Below are positions 8,741 to 21,700 of a stretch of 64,000 nt of DNA, in pieces. How positions within the stretch are numbered: the stretch's first letter is position 1; each line of letters begins with the position of its first letter. Source of the stretch: Nitrosomonas sp. (lineage in GTDB: Bacteria; Pseudomonadota; Gammaproteobacteria; Burkholderiales; Nitrosomonadaceae); assembly GCF_024282095.1 (NCBI RefSeq), contig NZ_JAMWZS010000008.1, positions 6,090 through 70,089 on the forward strand, given 5' to 3'. The position numbers and the translations under genes are program-made. Below the pieces are notes generated by a model, which was not told where the DNA came from, searched no databases, and saw only the letters and a list, made by a program, of their open reading frames with translations.

Positions 8741-8930
8741 AAGAAGCTCCTCGTTGAGTTAATGAAGTCCGATACTGCATTGCACAAAAATTAACCTCAA
8801 CCGATCAAACGGGTGTTACTCGTAATTGAAGACGCTAGCTCAGGATTGGCATCATTTTGATTAACTCTGCCCTGCAGATTTACCTACAAATCCTGTATCA
8901 TCACGGTTTTAGGATTATATCTTAGTCTAC

Positions 8931-9899
8931 ATGAAAATCACTTTTCTGGAATTTGAACAAAATATTGCAGAATTTGAATCAAAAATAGATGAGCTACGCT
9001 TTGCTCAAGATGACTCTGCACTGGACATTTCATCTGAAATCACACGATTACAGGCAAAAAGCCAATCACTCACAAAAAATGTCTATGCAAAATTGACCCC
9101 ATGGCAAATTTCGCAAGTCGCCCGACATCCGCAGCGCCCCTATACGCTGGACTATATAGAACATCTATTCACAGATTTCGAAGAATTACACGGCGACCGG
9201 AATTTTTCTGATGATCATGCGATTGTGGGCGGTTTGGCACGTTTCAACGGCCAAACCATTATGGTCATCGGTCATCAGAAAGGACGTGATACCCGGGAAA
9301 AAATTTATCGTAACTTTGGCATGCCGAAGCCGGAGGGTTATCGTAAAGCGTTGCGCCTAATGCGTTTGGCTGAGAAATTTTCCATCCCGCTGATTACTTT
9401 TATCGATACGCCGGGTGCCTATCCGGGTATCGATGCAGAAGAGCGGGGACAATCTGAAGCCATCGGTAAGAATCTTTACGTCCTGGCAGAATTAAGAGTG
9501 CCTGTGATCTGCATCATTATTGGCGAAGGTGGCTCCGGCGGTGCCTTGGCGGTAGCGGTCGGTGATGTGATACACATGCTGCAATATGCCACCTATTCCG
9601 TCATCTCTCCTGAAGGTTGCGCCTCCATTCTATGGAAAAGTGCAGACAAGGCACCGGAAGCCGCAGAGATTATGGGTATTACCGCCGATCGGCTGAAAGC
9701 AATGAATTTGATCGATAGTATTATTACTGAACCCATTGGCGGAGCGCATCGCGATTATCCGGCAGTGATGCAATCGGTAAAAACCGTTTTACAGGAATCG
9801 CTCCGCAAACTTCAAGATCATTCTACCGAGACACTTCTGGAAAAACGCATCGAGCGACTCATGGCATATGGCTCATATAAGGAAGTCAAAGTCGAATAG
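8931..9899 (+). CDS. accA: Acetyl-CoA carboxylase carboxyltransferase alpha subunit
   Basis: [42 protein letters not shown]. Confidence 0.97.
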   Translation: MKITFLEFEQNIAEFESKIDELRFAQDDSALDISSEITRLQAKSQSLTKNVYAKLTPWQISQVARHPQRPYTLDYIEHLFTDFEELHGDRNFSDDHAIVGGLARFNGQTIMVIGHQKGRDTREKIYRNFGMPKPEGYRKALRLMRLAEKFSIPLITFIDTPGAYPGIDAEERGQSEAIGKNLYVLAELRVPVICIIIGEGGSGGALAVAVGDVIHMLQYATYSVISPEGCASILWKSADKAPEAAEIMGITADRLKAMNLIDSIITEPIGGAHRDYPAVMQSVKTVLQESLRKLQDHSTETLLEKRIERLMAYGSYKEVKVE

Positions 9900-11226
9900 C
9901 CTGGTATGTGATACTAAAAAAGTATTACTTGCACATATTAAACAGGGTAATCATTTAACGATTGCCTTGAGTGGCGGTATAGATTCGATCGTATTACTGC
10001 ATGTACTTGTCATGCTATCCAAGCAAATGCAATTTACGCTTTCTGCTGTGCATGTTAATCATGGCATCAGTCGCAATGCAGTACTGTGGAGCAGATTTTG
10101 CTGTGATCTTTGTTACGCTTATGGCATTTCTGTCTACGTTGCGTATATACACATCCCCAAAGAATCCGGTATAAGCCTTGAAGCGGTTGCTCGCGACGAA
10201 CGCTATCGCATTTTTAATCACGTACAAGCTGATTATGTGGTGCTCGCACAGCATTTGGACGATCAAGCCGAAACATTGTTATTACAATTATTTCGTGGTG
10301 CAGGCATTAAAGGATTAAGTGCCATGCCGGTTGTGAGAAAACAACTCTCTGATAATGCACCGCAAATACTCCGGCCGCTACTGGAAGTTTCTCGCAGCAG
10401 GATCGAATCCTACGCACGGCAAAATAAATTGAACTGGATCAACGATGAAAGTAATGACAGTATTACTTTCGATAGAAATTTTCTGCGTCATGACATCCTG
10501 CCCATATTGAGAGGGCGATACCCCAATTACTCTCAAACGCTGTTACGCACCAGTCGTCACTTGTCCGAAGCATCGTTGTTATTGGATGAGCTGGCTGCAA
10601 TCGATAGTGAAGATTGCCTGGTTTCCGGTAAGCTTCAAGTCGATGGCCTACGTCAACTGAGTTTTCCGCGCGCCAAAAATCTGTTTCGCTATACTTTGTT
10701 GCAACAGGGTGCGGATCTCCCCAGCACAGCGAAATTAGAAGAAATTTTGCATCAACTTTTATCGCTATCTTCGGATAATCAATTCCATATCAGCTTTGGC
10801 ACTACTGAAATTCGTTGTTATCAAGGCGCTGTCTACATATTAGCTAGAAAAAAACTTTCGGAGCAACCCGAACAATGCCAATACATATGGCGCGGCGGAG
10901 CGTTTTTAACGCTGCAACATTTGAGTGGCACCGTTCGTTTTATCCAGGCAGAAAATCAAGGTATCGATCAACAGAAAATATTAAATAAAGTAATAACTGT
11001 GCGTTCGCGTAGCGGTGGAGAACGTTTTACACCGGCTTGTAACCGTCCGCGACGAAGTTTAAAGAACCTATTACAAGAAGCTTCGATACCGCCATGGGAG
11101 CGTACTATGATGCCATTGCTGTTTTGTGATGATAAGCTCATATGGGTACCGGGAATCGGCATTGACTGTGAATTTCAAGTAAAATCCGGTGAACTGGGAA
11201 CGCTACCTATCTGGAATCGTGAGTGA
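9868..11226 (+). CDS. tilS: tRNA(Ile)-lysidine synthetase
   Basis: PP-loop [26 protein letters not shown]; conserved position after accA. Confidence 0.95.
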   Translation: MAHIRKSKSNSLVCDTKKVLLAHIKQGNHLTIALSGGIDSIVLLHVLVMLSKQMQFTLSAVHVNHGISRNAVLWSRFCCDLCYAYGISVYVAYIHIPKESGISLEAVARDERYRIFNHVQADYVVLAQHLDDQAETLLLQLFRGAGIKGLSAMPVVRKQLSDNAPQILRPLLEVSRSRIESYARQNKLNWINDESNDSITFDRNFLRHDILPILRGRYPNYSQTLLRTSRHLSEASLLLDELAAIDSEDCLVSGKLQVDGLRQLSFPRAKNLFRYTLLQQGADLPSTAKLEEILHQLLSLSSDNQFHISFGTTEIRCYQGAVYILARKKLSEQPEQCQYIWRGGAFLTLQHLSGTVRFIQAENQGIDQQKILNKVITVRSRSGGERFTPACNRPRRSLKNLLQEASIPPWERTMMPLLFCDDKLIWVPGIGIDCEFQVKSGELGTLPIWNRE

Positions 11227-11305
11227 GAGTAGGTTATGTAATTTTGGAAACAATAGGAACTTTAAAGATTATTCATACAATCAATTTATTCTCTAAGGAT
11301 GCTTC

Positions 11306-12370
11306 ATGATTCTGGTCACGGGTGGCGCGGGATTTATCGGCAGTAATTTTATTCTGGATTGGCTGACGCAATCTGATGAAAAAATTGTAAATCTTGATAA
11401 ATTAACTTACGCGGGTAATTTGCAAAACCTGTCCTCATTAACGGGAAACCCAAGACATATTTTTGTGCATGGGGATATCGGGGACATCGAACTCGTTTCA
11501 CGATTATTGGCTCAGCATCAGCCCCGGGCCATTATTAATTTCGCCGCTGAGAGTCATGTAGATCGTTCGATCCATGGTCCGGAAGACTTTATTCAGACCA
11601 ATATTCTGGGCACATTCCGCTTATTGGAGGCGGTACGTGCTTACTGGAACGAACTCGAAACAACCGCAAAACAGAATTTCCGCTTTCTCCATGTTTCAAC
11701 CGACGAAGTATATGGTTCGTTGAGCCAGAATGAGCCCGCATTTACTGAGGAACATCGCTATGAGCCCAATAGCCCCTATTCCGCCAGCAAAGCTTCCAGT
11801 GATCATTTGGTGCGGGCTTATCACCATACCTACGGTCTGCCTGTACTGACTACAAATTGCTCGAATAATTATGGTCCTTTCCAATTTCCGGAAAAACTGA
11901 TCCCTTTGATGATTGTTAATGCATTAACAGGGAAATCCTTACCGGTATATGGTGATGGTCTGCAAATTCGTGACTGGCTATACGTGACCGATCACTGCAG
12001 TGCGATTCGCCGTGTTTTAGCAGCAGGTAATCCGGGAGAAACTTATAATATTGGCGGCTGGAATGAGAAACCCAACATTGAAATTGTGCAAACAATCTGT
12101 AATTTATTGGAAGAATTATATCCAGGTTCTATCTTTCATCATCTGATCACTTACGTCAAAGACCGGCCGGGACACGATCGTCGTTATGCCATCAATGCCA
12201 CCAAAATTGAACGCGAGCTAAACTGGAAGCCAGCGGAAACCTTTGAAACAGGCATCCGTAAAACTATTCATTGGTACTTGGAAAACCGGCAATGGATTGC
12301 TGATGTTCAAACTGGTGCATACCGGGAATGGATAGAAAAGAATTACGCTGAGTTACAGTCATCGCAATGA
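11306..12370 (+). CDS. rfbB: dTDP-glucose 4,6-dehydratase
   Basis: [46 protein letters not shown]. Confidence 0.96.
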   Translation: MILVTGGAGFIGSNFILDWLTQSDEKIVNLDKLTYAGNLQNLSSLTGNPRHIFVHGDIGDIELVSRLLAQHQPRAIINFAAESHVDRSIHGPEDFIQTNILGTFRLLEAVRAYWNELETTAKQNFRFLHVSTDEVYGSLSQNEPAFTEEHRYEPNSPYSASKASSDHLVRAYHHTYGLPVLTTNCSNNYGPFQFPEKLIPLMIVNALTGKSLPVYGDGLQIRDWLYVTDHCSAIRRVLAAGNPGETYNIGGWNEKPNIEIVQTICNLLEELYPGSIFHHLITYVKDRPGHDRRYAINATKIERELNWKPAETFETGIRKTIHWYLENRQWIADVQTGAYREWIEKNYAELQSSQ

Positions 12371-13269
12371 AAATTTTGCTATTCGGTAAAAATGGTCAGG
12401 TAGGATGGGAGCTGCAGCGGAGTTTAGCGCCTTTAGGCGAACTAATTGCATTAAATTCAGCAAACGATGAGTACTGTGGTGATTTTACCAATCTTGCAGG
12501 CATCAAACAAACGATACGAAAAATTGCACCCGATATCATTGTCAATGCCGCCGCTTATACTGCTGTGGATAAAGCTGAAAGTGAAACGGAATTAGCACAT
12601 ATCTTAAATGCGCAGGCCCCTGGCGTGCTTGCACAAGAAGCAAAGCAATTGAACGCTTGGTTGGTTCATTATTCTACAGATTATGTTTTTAACGGCAGTG
12701 GTGAGCAACCGCACCTTGAAACAGATGCGACGGATCCCCTCAATGTGTATGGAAAAACCAAACTGGAAGGTGAAAACAATATTGTTGCGTCCGGATGCTC
12801 ACATTTAATATTCCGTACCAGTTGGGTTTATGCAACGCATGGCAATAATTTTATTAAAACGATACTGCGTTTAGCACAGCAACGTGACAAGTTAACAATT
12901 GTCAATGATCAGATTGGTTCACCCACCGGTGCAGAATTGATAGCGGATATTACTGCCTACGCGTTACTTTCATTAAGGCATCAGCATGAGGTTTCCGGCT
13001 TATATCACTTGGTAGCCAAAGGATATACATCATGGTATGAATTTTCCCGTTTTATCTTGGAGCATGCGAGACACGCAAATCTTCCATTAAAAATTCAACC
13101 GCATGCCCTTCTGCCCATAACGAGTTGTGATTTTCCTTTGCCTGCAAAACGCCCATTGAATTCACGCTTAAATACTTGTCAGCTGGAAAAGAGATTTAAT
13201 TTAAATCTGCCCGCTTGGCAAACGGGCGTATCTCGTACATTGACTGAGATTCTAAGCAAGGAAATATGA
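12367..13269 (+). CDS. rfbD: dTDP-4-dehydrorhamnose reductase
   Basis: [38 protein letters not shown]; ATGA overlap with rfbB. Confidence 0.95.
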   Translation: MKILLFGKNGQVGWELQRSLAPLGELIALNSANDEYCGDFTNLAGIKQTIRKIAPDIIVNAAAYTAVDKAESETELAHILNAQAPGVLAQEAKQLNAWLVHYSTDYVFNGSGEQPHLETDATDPLNVYGKTKLEGENNIVASGCSHLIFRTSWVYATHGNNFIKTILRLAQQRDKLTIVNDQIGSPTGAELIADITAYALLSLRHQHEVSGLYHLVAKGYTSWYEFSRFILEHARHANLPLKIQPHALLPITSCDFPLPAKRPLNSRLNTCQLEKRFNLNLPAWQTGVSRTLTEILSKEI

Positions 13270-13561
13270 TGCGCTCGGTGTTTAACCTTCCGCTACATCC
13301 GCAAGGCCGATGATCGTATTTCTTTCGAGTGTTCCCTGCGCTTCCTGAGTTCTGTATTTCAGTCAATCGGATAGATTTCGTAAGGGGCAATATGTATATA
13401 GTTGCCTGTTTCGGTTGATATACCGAAGGTAAATATGAAGAGCCTCTCGGTTAAACCAAAAACAAAAACTTGCTTGAATGATTGGTTAAGTTCGTTATAT
13501 ACTCATTTTTTTAACTAATAGTTAAAGAAAAAGAGAACTTTTTTATAAGGAAAATTACACA

Positions 13562-13708
13562 ATGAAATATACTCTTCTGGCTGCATTTTTACTGGCTCTT
13601 CTAACATTGTCTGCATGCGGTGGCAAACCTAGCCAAGCGCTGCCTGAAACCGAAAAAGCAAACTATGAGAAAATCATGAGCGGTGGAGAAGCAGATAGCA
13701 AAAAATAA
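13562..13708 (+). CDS. Small lipoprotein, 48 aa (not in ORF track)
   Basis: MKYTLLAAFLLALLTLSAC-GGKPSQALPETEKANYEKIMSGGEADSKK*; lipobox LSAC; AAGGA SD; terminator follows. Confidence 0.75.
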   Translation: MKYTLLAAFLLALLTLSACGGKPSQALPETEKANYEKIMSGGEADSKK

Positions 13709-13732
13709 TCCCTCTGTTTGAGGAATTAATAA

Positions 13733-13764
13733 AAAACCGCCTTTCAAGGCGGTTTTGTTTTTTT
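13733..13764. terminator. Bidirectional Rho-independent terminator
   Basis: AAAACCGCCT-TTCA-AGGCGGTTTT with flanking A and T runs, between the small lipoprotein gene and bamC. Confidence 0.8.
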
Positions 13765-13897
13765 AAATTTACAAACTCATTTTCTAGCGTATTTGACTTG
13801 AATTGTTGAAAATTTGCCTTACTCTAGAACACTGCAAGGAGAAAATAAAATATTCAGCTATCTTTCCAGGAAGTTTATGCCAGCCTGCTCTCCTCTG

Positions 13898-15061
13898 CTA
13901 TTTAAGCTGTTCATGTAATAGCTTCAGAATACGACTGGTAGTAGCAGAATTTGTTGCCGTTCCATCATCATTGAGCAAAGTAACCTTGCTGGTATTGGTT
14001 CCGGTATTATCAACGTGTATGCGGTATTTTGCAGCTTTTGCATCTGCCTTATCATCACTACGCCAGAACATAATTCCCGACAGAATACCTTCGCCATCGC
14101 CTTTTTTCTTACTATCGTTATCAGGATTGACATAGCGAACAAAATAAACACCTTCCACCCGATTACGGTCCTCAACGGTAAAACCGATGCGATCAAGCGC
14201 CAGCCCGACGCGTCGCCATGATCTGTCAAACGCTTCATTGATGATCAGTGTGCTTCCTGTTTCCCGGTCAATGTAGGCGCGTTCTTGAGTAGTGCTTCTA
14301 CCCGTAGTTAACTCCAACTTGGCTTGTTCTTCTGCTACACCAAAACGCATCATCAACCGGGATAGCATTTCAGCTTCCAAGTCAGGATCAGCGGGACGAG
14401 GCTGCCAGATGGTGCGGTTAAGACTGCCTCCTTCCAGCACTTCATTCATACCGCGGTGACTGATATATATTTCAGTGCTACCCGTTTCATTGCGCTCTAG
14501 ACGGGTACGAAATTTATCACGCTCAGCAGTGGAATAGATACTATCCAGGAAAGTGGAGAGAAAAGTTCGTACAATGTCTTGTGGAATCTTGGCTCGATTC
14601 TCGGCCCAGTCTGTTTCCATAATACCTGCTTCAGGGACTTCCATTTTGATCAGGAAACCCAATTCCTGCCAGAATTCTTTGACTACCGGCCATACCATTT
14701 CAGGTGATTGCGGTACAACCAGCCAGCGTTGCGTGCCGGCGCGCTCAATATGTACATTCTGAATCGATGACGGTATAAAGGAAGGCGTGCCAGCCTTGGG
14801 TTGCCCGCCACGTTCGCTGCTATAGGCAGAAAACGTTGTGCTACTACTGGACGAGTTGGACTCAGGAATTGAGTAGCGCTCATCAATCGCAGGTTGAATC
14901 AGATCAGGCGGAATATCCAAGGGGGGAAGTTTTCCAGCCGACTTGTAATCAATACTCTTGGTTTCAGGAAACAGATCGAGCATCTTACAGCCCGTGTTTG
15001 TCAATGAAAGCACCAATACTAGCGACGGCACGGTTACTTTCCGCCATTTCATTTTTGACAT
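13898..15061 (-). CDS. bamC: Outer-membrane protein assembly factor BamC (NlpB/DapX lipoprotein)
   Basis: Lipobox NTGC, IDYKSA..LPPLDIPPDL, GIMETDWAENRA; directly downstream of dapA. Confidence 0.88.
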   Translation of the reverse strand: MSKMKWRKVTVPSLVLVLSLTNTGCKMLDLFPETKSIDYKSAGKLPPLDIPPDLIQPAIDERYSIPESNSSSSSTTFSAYSSERGGQPKAGTPSFIPSSIQNVHIERAGTQRWLVVPQSPEMVWPVVKEFWQELGFLIKMEVPEAGIMETDWAENRAKIPQDIVRTFLSTFLDSIYSTAERDKFRTRLERNETGSTEIYISHRGMNEVLEGGSLNRTIWQPRPADPDLEAEMLSRLMMRFGVAEEQAKLELTTGRSTTQERAYIDRETGSTLIINEAFDRSWRRVGLALDRIGFTVEDRNRVEGVYFVRYVNPDNDSKKKGDGEGILSGIMFWRSDDKADAKAAKYRIHVDNTGTNTSKVTLLNDDGTATNSATTSRILKLLHEQLK

Positions 15062-15062
15062 C

Positions 15063-15950
15063 TTACTCCTTCAAATCACGGATATTGGCCGATTGCATGG
15101 CTTCGCGAATAAGCTGATGATACTGAGCGGATAACGGTGTGAGGGGAAGGCGAATTCCAAGACCCATTAAGCCCATTTGTGCAACAGCCCATTTCACAGG
15201 AATCGGATTAGCTTCGACAAATAAATCGATATGTAAGCGTAACAGCTGATTATTGAGCGCTCGAGCGGTCTTCAGATTGCCAGCAAATGCGGCCATGCAC
15301 ATGTCGTGCATCATTCTGGGAGCTACGTTTGCTGTGACTGAAATAACACCATGCGCACCTAATAACATCAGTGCTAATGCACTGACATCATCTCCGCTAT
15401 AGATGGAAAAACCCGCTGGCGCGCGCGCTAATAAATCAGAGCCTCGTCCAATATCGCCGGTTGCATCTTTAATACCCACAATATTGGGAATCTGTGTCAA
15501 ACGTAATGCGGTATCGTTGTGGATATCTGCAACGGTCCTACCGGGAACGTTATATAAGATATGCGGAATTTCAACCGCCTCCGCAATTGCCTTAAAGTGC
15601 TGATATAGCCCTTCCTGAGTGGGCTTATTGTAATAAGGGGCAACCGAGAGGCAGGCATCTACTCCGGCATTTTTTGCGTAAATCGATAAATCAATCGCTT
15701 CACGGGTTGAATTAGCACCCGTACCTGCAATGACCGGTATGCGTCCAGCAACATGATCCACTGCAGTGCGCATGAGTAGATGGTGTTCTTCAAAATCCAC
15801 AGTGGGAGATTCGCCTGTAGTGCCAACTACCACAACACCATCGGTACCCTGGTCTATATGAAAATCAAGAAGAGAGCGGAAACGTTCCAGATCTAATCCA
15901 CCCTCTTCATCCATCGGAGTAACGATGGCAACCAAGCTACCTTTAAACAT
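15063..15950 (-). CDS. dapA: 4-hydroxy-tetrahydrodipicolinate synthase
   Basis: GTTGES, AGTGAN, PYYNKP, YNVPGRT, GIKDA, SGDD, NPIPVK. Confidence 0.97.
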   Translation of the reverse strand: MFKGSLVAIVTPMDEEGGLDLERFRSLLDFHIDQGTDGVVVVGTTGESPTVDFEEHHLLMRTAVDHVAGRIPVIAGTGANSTREAIDLSIYAKNAGVDACLSVAPYYNKPTQEGLYQHFKAIAEAVEIPHILYNVPGRTVADIHNDTALRLTQIPNIVGIKDATGDIGRGSDLLARAPAGFSIYSGDDVSALALMLLGAHGVISVTANVAPRMMHDMCMAAFAGNLKTARALNNQLLRLHIDLFVEANPIPVKWAVAQMGLMGLGIRLPLTPLSAQYHQLIREAMQSANIRDLKE

Positions 15951-16030
15951 GACAACTTATCCAGTAAAAAAAATATATTTTACCCGAATCTCGTTGAGAC
16001 GCTATGTTTTAATCAATCGATATCAGCGTT

Positions 16031-18643
16031 CTATCCATTCATTTTAGAAAAACTGATTCTGTCATCGCTGCAGTCAACTTTAATCGTATCTTTGGCAATA
16101 AATTTACCCTCCAGGATCTCTTTTGCCAGCGGATTTTCAATTTGCGCCTGGATCGCGCGCTTTAAAGGTCGCGCACCGAATACCGGATCAAAACCAGCTT
16201 GAGAAATCACGGATAATGCTGCATCGCTAACCTCAAGTTTCATTTCCAGTTTGGCCAGTCTGGTTTCAAGATAGTGAAGCTGTATCTGCGCAATTGAATG
16301 AATATGTTTTTGATCCAAAGCATGAAACACCACGACCTCATCAATACGATTAATAAATTCAGGGCGGAAATGAGCTTTTACCTCACCCATCACTGCATGC
16401 TTGATCGATTCATATGGACTGTCGGACATTTCCTGGATCATTTGCGAGCCCAGGTTGGACGTCATGACAATCACCGTATTCTTGAAATCGACGGTACGCC
16501 CCTGACCATCCGTCATACGACCATCATCCAGAACTTGTAGCAGCACATTGAATACATCCGGATGCGCTTTTTCCACTTCATCCAGCAAAATGACGGCGTA
16601 GGGTTTTCTGCGCACGAGCTCAGTTAAGTAACCGCCTTCTTCATAACCGACATAGCCGGGCGGCGCCCCAATCAGACGTGCTACCGAATGTTTTTCCATA
16701 AATTCGGACATATCGATACGTATTAAATGGTCTTCTGAATCAAATAAAAATCCGGCTAACGCCTTACACAATTCAGTTTTACCTACACCGGTCGGTCCCA
16801 GAAACAGGAATGATCCATAAGGCCGGTCAGGGTCAGCCAATCCGGCACGGGAGCGCCGGATCGCATCGGATACCAAACGTACCGCCTCATCCTGACCGAT
16901 TACCCTGTCATGTAATTTTTGTTCCATCAACAACAATTTTTCACGTTCACCTTGCATCATTTTAGACACAGGAATACCGGTGGCACGCGATACTACTTCC
17001 GCAATTTCTTCAGCACCAACTTGGGTGCGCAATAATTTAGGTGCGGCTGCAGAACCTGATTCAGTTTTTACGCTTTGCTGTTTTTGGTCACTGAGTTGGG
17101 ATTGCAATTGCGCTTCCAATTGTGGAAGGCGGCCATATTGCAATTCCGAGACTTTTTGCCAATCGCCTTTGCGAGTGGCCGCTTCGATTTCCAGCTTGAT
17201 CTTCTCCATCTCCTCCTTGATTTGCTGGGAACCTTGCACATGGAATTTTTCAGTTTTCCAGATTTCATTCAAATCAGCATACTCACGTTCTTTTTGCTTT
17301 ATTTCATCCTCAAGTAATTGCAGGCGTTTCTGTGAAGCCTCATCTTTTTCTTTTTTTATTGCTTCACGCTCGATTTTGAGCTGTATCAGGCGTCGATCCA
17401 GCTTATCCAGTGCTTCGGGTTTGGAATCAATTTCCATACGAATGCGCGCTGCGGCTTCATCAATCAGATCAATGGCTTTGTCAGGCAGAAAACGATCAGT
17501 GATATAACGATTGGACAGTTCCGCAGCAGCGACAATTGCCGGATCGGTAATATCAACACCGTGATGTACTTCGTATCTCTCCTGTAAGCCGCGCAGTATC
17601 GCGATGGTGGCTTCCACAGTAGGTTCTTCTACCAATACTTTTTGGAAGCGTCGCTCCAGCGCAGCATCTTTCTCAATATACTTGCGGTACTCATCCAAGG
17701 TAGTGGCACCGACACAGTGCAACTCACCGCGCGCCAATGCGGGCTTTAGCATATTACCCGCATCCATTGCGCCTTCCGCTTTGCCTGCGCCCACCATGGT
17801 ATGCAGCTCATCAATGAATACAATGGTTTTTCCTTCGTCTTGTGCAAGTTCTTTCAACACTGATTTGAGACGCTCCTCAAATTCCCCCCGGTATTTGGCA
17901 CCTGCCAGGAGTGCGGCCATATCCAAAGAGAGCACACGCTTATCTTTCAAGCTTTCAGGTACCTCGCCATTGATAATGCGCTGCGCCAAGCCTTCAACAA
18001 TGGCGGTTTTGCCGACACCCGGCTCACCAATCAGGACAGGATTATTTTTAGTGCGCCGTTGCAAAACTTGTATCGCACGGCGAATCTCATCGTCACGTCC
18101 GATGACTGGATCCAACTTGCCTTGACGTGCGCGTTCGGTAAGATCCAGGGTATATTTTTTTAAGGCTTCGCGGCTGCTTTCAGCTTCAGCGCTGCTGACT
18201 TGTTCACCGCCTCGTATCGCATTGATGGCCTTTTCCAAAGCTGTGTGATTGGCACCATGCTGCTTGAGTAAAGTACCAATCTCGCCTTTGTCCTGCAGGA
18301 TTGCCAAAAGAAACACCTCTGAAGCAATAAACTGATCGTTGCGTTTTTGCGCTTCTTTGTCTGCCAAATTCAGTAGGTTATTCAGCGTGCGAGAAATATT
18401 TACTTCCCCTCCTGAATTTTCAACTTTGGGTAATCGCTGCACGCTTTGCTTGATGCTTTCCAGCAATGGAGCGGTATTGACGCCGGAACGTTGCAGCAAA
18501 GAGAGTGTACTGCCATCTTCCTGTTGCAGGAGCGCCAGTAGTAGATGCTGCGGCTCAATTGCCGGATTATCCTGACCGACAGCGATGCTTTGAGCATCTG
18601 CAAAGGCTTGTTGAAATTTGGTGGTTAGTTTGTCAAAACGCAT
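16031..18643 (-). CDS. clpB: ATP-dependent chaperone ClpB
   Basis: Two AAA+ modules ([16 protein letters not shown]), coiled-coil middle domain, 870 aa. Confidence 0.97.
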   Translation of the reverse strand: MRFDKLTTKFQQAFADAQSIAVGQDNPAIEPQHLLLALLQQEDGSTLSLLQRSGVNTAPLLESIKQSVQRLPKVENSGGEVNISRTLNNLLNLADKEAQKRNDQFIASEVFLLAILQDKGEIGTLLKQHGANHTALEKAINAIRGGEQVSSAEAESSREALKKYTLDLTERARQGKLDPVIGRDDEIRRAIQVLQRRTKNNPVLIGEPGVGKTAIVEGLAQRIINGEVPESLKDKRVLSLDMAALLAGAKYRGEFEERLKSVLKELAQDEGKTIVFIDELHTMVGAGKAEGAMDAGNMLKPALARGELHCVGATTLDEYRKYIEKDAALERRFQKVLVEEPTVEATIAILRGLQERYEVHHGVDITDPAIVAAAELSNRYITDRFLPDKAIDLIDEAAARIRMEIDSKPEALDKLDRRLIQLKIEREAIKKEKDEASQKRLQLLEDEIKQKEREYADLNEIWKTEKFHVQGSQQIKEEMEKIKLEIEAATRKGDWQKVSELQYGRLPQLEAQLQSQLSDQKQQSVKTESGSAAAPKLLRTQVGAEEIAEVVSRATGIPVSKMMQGEREKLLLMEQKLHDRVIGQDEAVRLVSDAIRRSRAGLADPDRPYGSFLFLGPTGVGKTELCKALAGFLFDSEDHLIRIDMSEFMEKHSVARLIGAPPGYVGYEEGGYLTELVRRKPYAVILLDEVEKAHPDVFNVLLQVLDDGRMTDGQGRTVDFKNTVIVMTSNLGSQMIQEMSDSPYESIKHAVMGEVKAHFRPEFINRIDEVVVFHALDQKHIHSIAQIQLHYLETRLAKLEMKLEVSDAALSVISQAGFDPVFGARPLKRAIQAQIENPLAKEILEGKFIAKDTIKVDCSDDRISFSKMNG

Positions 18644-18674
18644 GAAATTCTCCCTCCGTAGGTTATTGGCTCCT

Positions 18675-18702
18675 ACGTGGGGGGCGGTGCCGGAATTTCA
18701 AG
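18675..18702 (-). promoter_or_regulatory. Putative sigma-32 (RpoH) promoter of clpB
   Basis: Minus strand CTTGAA-N14-CCCCAC(GT) about 35 nt upstream of the clpB ATG; matches the CTTGAA-N13-15-CCCCAT consensus. Confidence 0.7.
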
Positions 18703-18708
18703 AGCGGA

Positions 18709-21700
18709 TTATTTGGCTATGCGAAGTGCGTGTATCTTGCTTATTTCTGGTATGAATTTCTTTAAAATGTTTTCGATCTCAGAAACGGGTACCGGTCTGC
18801 TGAAATAATAGCCTTGATAGTGATTGCATTTTTGTGCGATTAATAGATTAAGCTGTTCTGCTGTTTCAATACCTTCTGCAATGACATCCATTTCCAGGCT
18901 GTGTGCCATCGCAATGATAGCGGCGACAATCGTGTGATCGTTCTTATCGGTTACGATATCACGAACGAATGTGCGGTCTATTTTAAGCGTATGAATTGGG
19001 AAACGTTTCAGGTAACTGAGGCTTGAATAGCCAGTACCAAAGTCATCAATTGAGATATGTATGCCCATGTCACTCAAACATTTAAGTGTTTCGACGACTT
19101 TCTCAATGTTATCGATCAGCATACTCTCGGTGATCTCCAGGGTGATATATTTTGCTTCCACCCCGGTTTCATTCAGTATTCGAGAAATATTTTTTGTTAA
19201 ATCTTTATCCCGGAACTGTCTTCCTGATAGATTAATGGCCACCCTTGGAACAGTATAACCCTGATTCTGCCACGTTTTGATTTGTATACAGACTGTTTTC
19301 AGAACCCATTCACCAATCGGAATAATCAGCCCGGTTTCCTCCGCCAAGCTAATGAATTTATCCGGAGAAATCAATTTATGTTCAGGGTGCCGCCAACGCA
19401 GCAGCGCTTCCACACTATAAAGTTGATGATCCGGCATATCCATGACAGGCTGGTAGTATAGAACCAGTTCGTCACGCTCTAGCGCATGGCGTAAATCAAG
19501 ACCGAGAGTGTGCCGCTCGTGAGCTGATTTGTTGAGTTCATCGGTAAAGAACTGATAATTATTGCGTCCATTTTCTTTGGCATAGTACATGGCTACATCA
19601 CTGTTCTTCAATAATGCTTCCGCACTGGTTCCATCATCCGGGAATACCGCAATGCCGATGCTGCCGCCGATATGTAGCTCGTTTTCATGGATATGATAAG
19701 GCTGTATCATCGAATCCAGAATCTTTTGAGCCACTTTTGCAGCATCCAGGGATTCCGCGATGGAATTTAGCACCACAATAAATTCATCGCCGCCTTGACG
19801 CGCAACAGTGTCTTCATTGCGGACACATGCCGACAATCGCTTGGCTACCGCCTTTAGTAAAAGATCACCGATGTCATGGCCTAATGAATCATTGATAGTT
19901 TTGAAATGATCCAAGTCGATAAACAGCACAGCCATTTGCCTTTGATGGCGTGTATCATGGACCAGTGCTTGTTCGATGCGATCTTGCAGCAAGTGCCGAT
20001 TGGGTAAGCCTGTTAACGCGTCATGCGTTGCCATTTGAATAATGCGCTGTTCAGCCTCTTTGCGTTCGTACCAACGACCCAGGTCATGTGCAATGGTGTC
20101 AATCAGATTCTGTTCATAGGGAAATGTGAATGCCAGGTCTTGCAAGTAAGATACCTTTAACAGTCCACATACTTCTCCATTCGACATAATTTTTGCGCTG
20201 ATTTCATTGCGAAGGTTTGCGTGGTATCCCGCTGTAGCGAATTGCTTGTTTCCCAGTTCAATCATGGCAACTGCCATTTCAGGAGAATGCAGGGCCAGGA
20301 TGAGGGATTCCAATATGTTCTGGCATATCTTTTCTGTACTGAGATCCTGTCCCATATAATTTCTGATAATTTGCAGGCAATTACTTTCTTTAAGCCGTTC
20401 GCTCAAGCCACAGTCTTTTTGTTTGTGTGCGGTAATATCGACACTGATCGACAAATAACAATCGGTTTTCCCAGGGGCACTCACAATCGGTATGATTGCT
20501 GAATCCACCCAATAGAGTGTTCCTGCTTTATTGCGGTTACAGATTTCCTGGTGCCAGATTTCACCTTTGGTAATAGTTGCCCACATGTCAACAAAAAATG
20601 ATTCTGGATGTATCTGTGAGTTCAATAAGCGATGATCTTGTTCTATCAGTTCTTCTGCGGAGTAACCACTGATTTCACACAATTTATCATTGACTTGTAT
20701 AATCTTTCCATGGCGATCGATAAAGGCGATTAAAGCAATTCTGCCAATAGCGTTGATATAGGCAGTCAGTTCAGAAGAAATTTTCTCGGCATGGTTTCTA
20801 GCCTGTATTAACTTTCTATGCGTTTTTATCAATGCATTTCTGGATTTAATGGATTTTTGAATCAGCGGCAAGGTCAACCAATACAGAATTGCTATGCCAA
20901 ATGCTACAAATAGCCCCAGATACAGCAAGATCGTTTTAATCTGATCCGTCAGATGATCGTACAACTCGTGTTCATTAATTTTGAGTACAGCGCCTAATCC
21001 ATAGGCAACAGGCGAATGCGCTGCGACAACATCGATTTGCCGGTAGTCCTTGGTGAATTTAATACCGGTTTGCCCTGCTAGCGCATAGTGGATCGGTAAC
21101 GGTTTGTTGTCCATGATGCGCTGCATACGTTTAAAATGATTACCATCAAACCCACGTAGAAAACAGTCCATCTCCAGATTATTTCCTTTCACAGGAGCAC
21201 ACAGCAGAAAGTCACCCGTCATGCCAATCAGGGTGATTTCTGTAAATATTCTGGTGAGAGCGGGTAGCGGTTCCTCCGTTATGATACGGCCAATGAATTT
21301 ATTTTCATCATTCAGAACAGGCATGGAATTACGCAAAATAAATTTCCCATCATCCCACAATAAATTGCTGCGGATATCCGGACCAGTATCTAACTCAATC
21401 ATGAGATCCGAGTAATTGGAATGAAGACCCGATCTGAGTATCAAGTTGCCTGCAGGGCCATAGATACTGACACCTGAGAAGTTATTCTTCAGCATTGTTT
21501 CTGAAGATTTAATTAAATTGATAGCCCCTTCGTCTTTGAGTGCATTCGAATTGGCTTTTTCCAAGCTTTGAACCAGAGAAATACGAGTGGATGCTGTTTT
21601 TGTATGTGATATGGAATGTGTCATCTGATTTTCGATCAGCTTAACCATATTTTCTAATGCCACGTTCAGACCCGAAGTCGTCATCGCTTCAGTCTGTGGT

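Noticed and set aside
16980-18575. Long plus-strand ORFs (173-175 aa) within clpB
   Set aside because: Antisense shadows of a conserved gene; the same applies to most small ORFs overlapping uvrA, dxs, the nuo genes and the lipid cluster.
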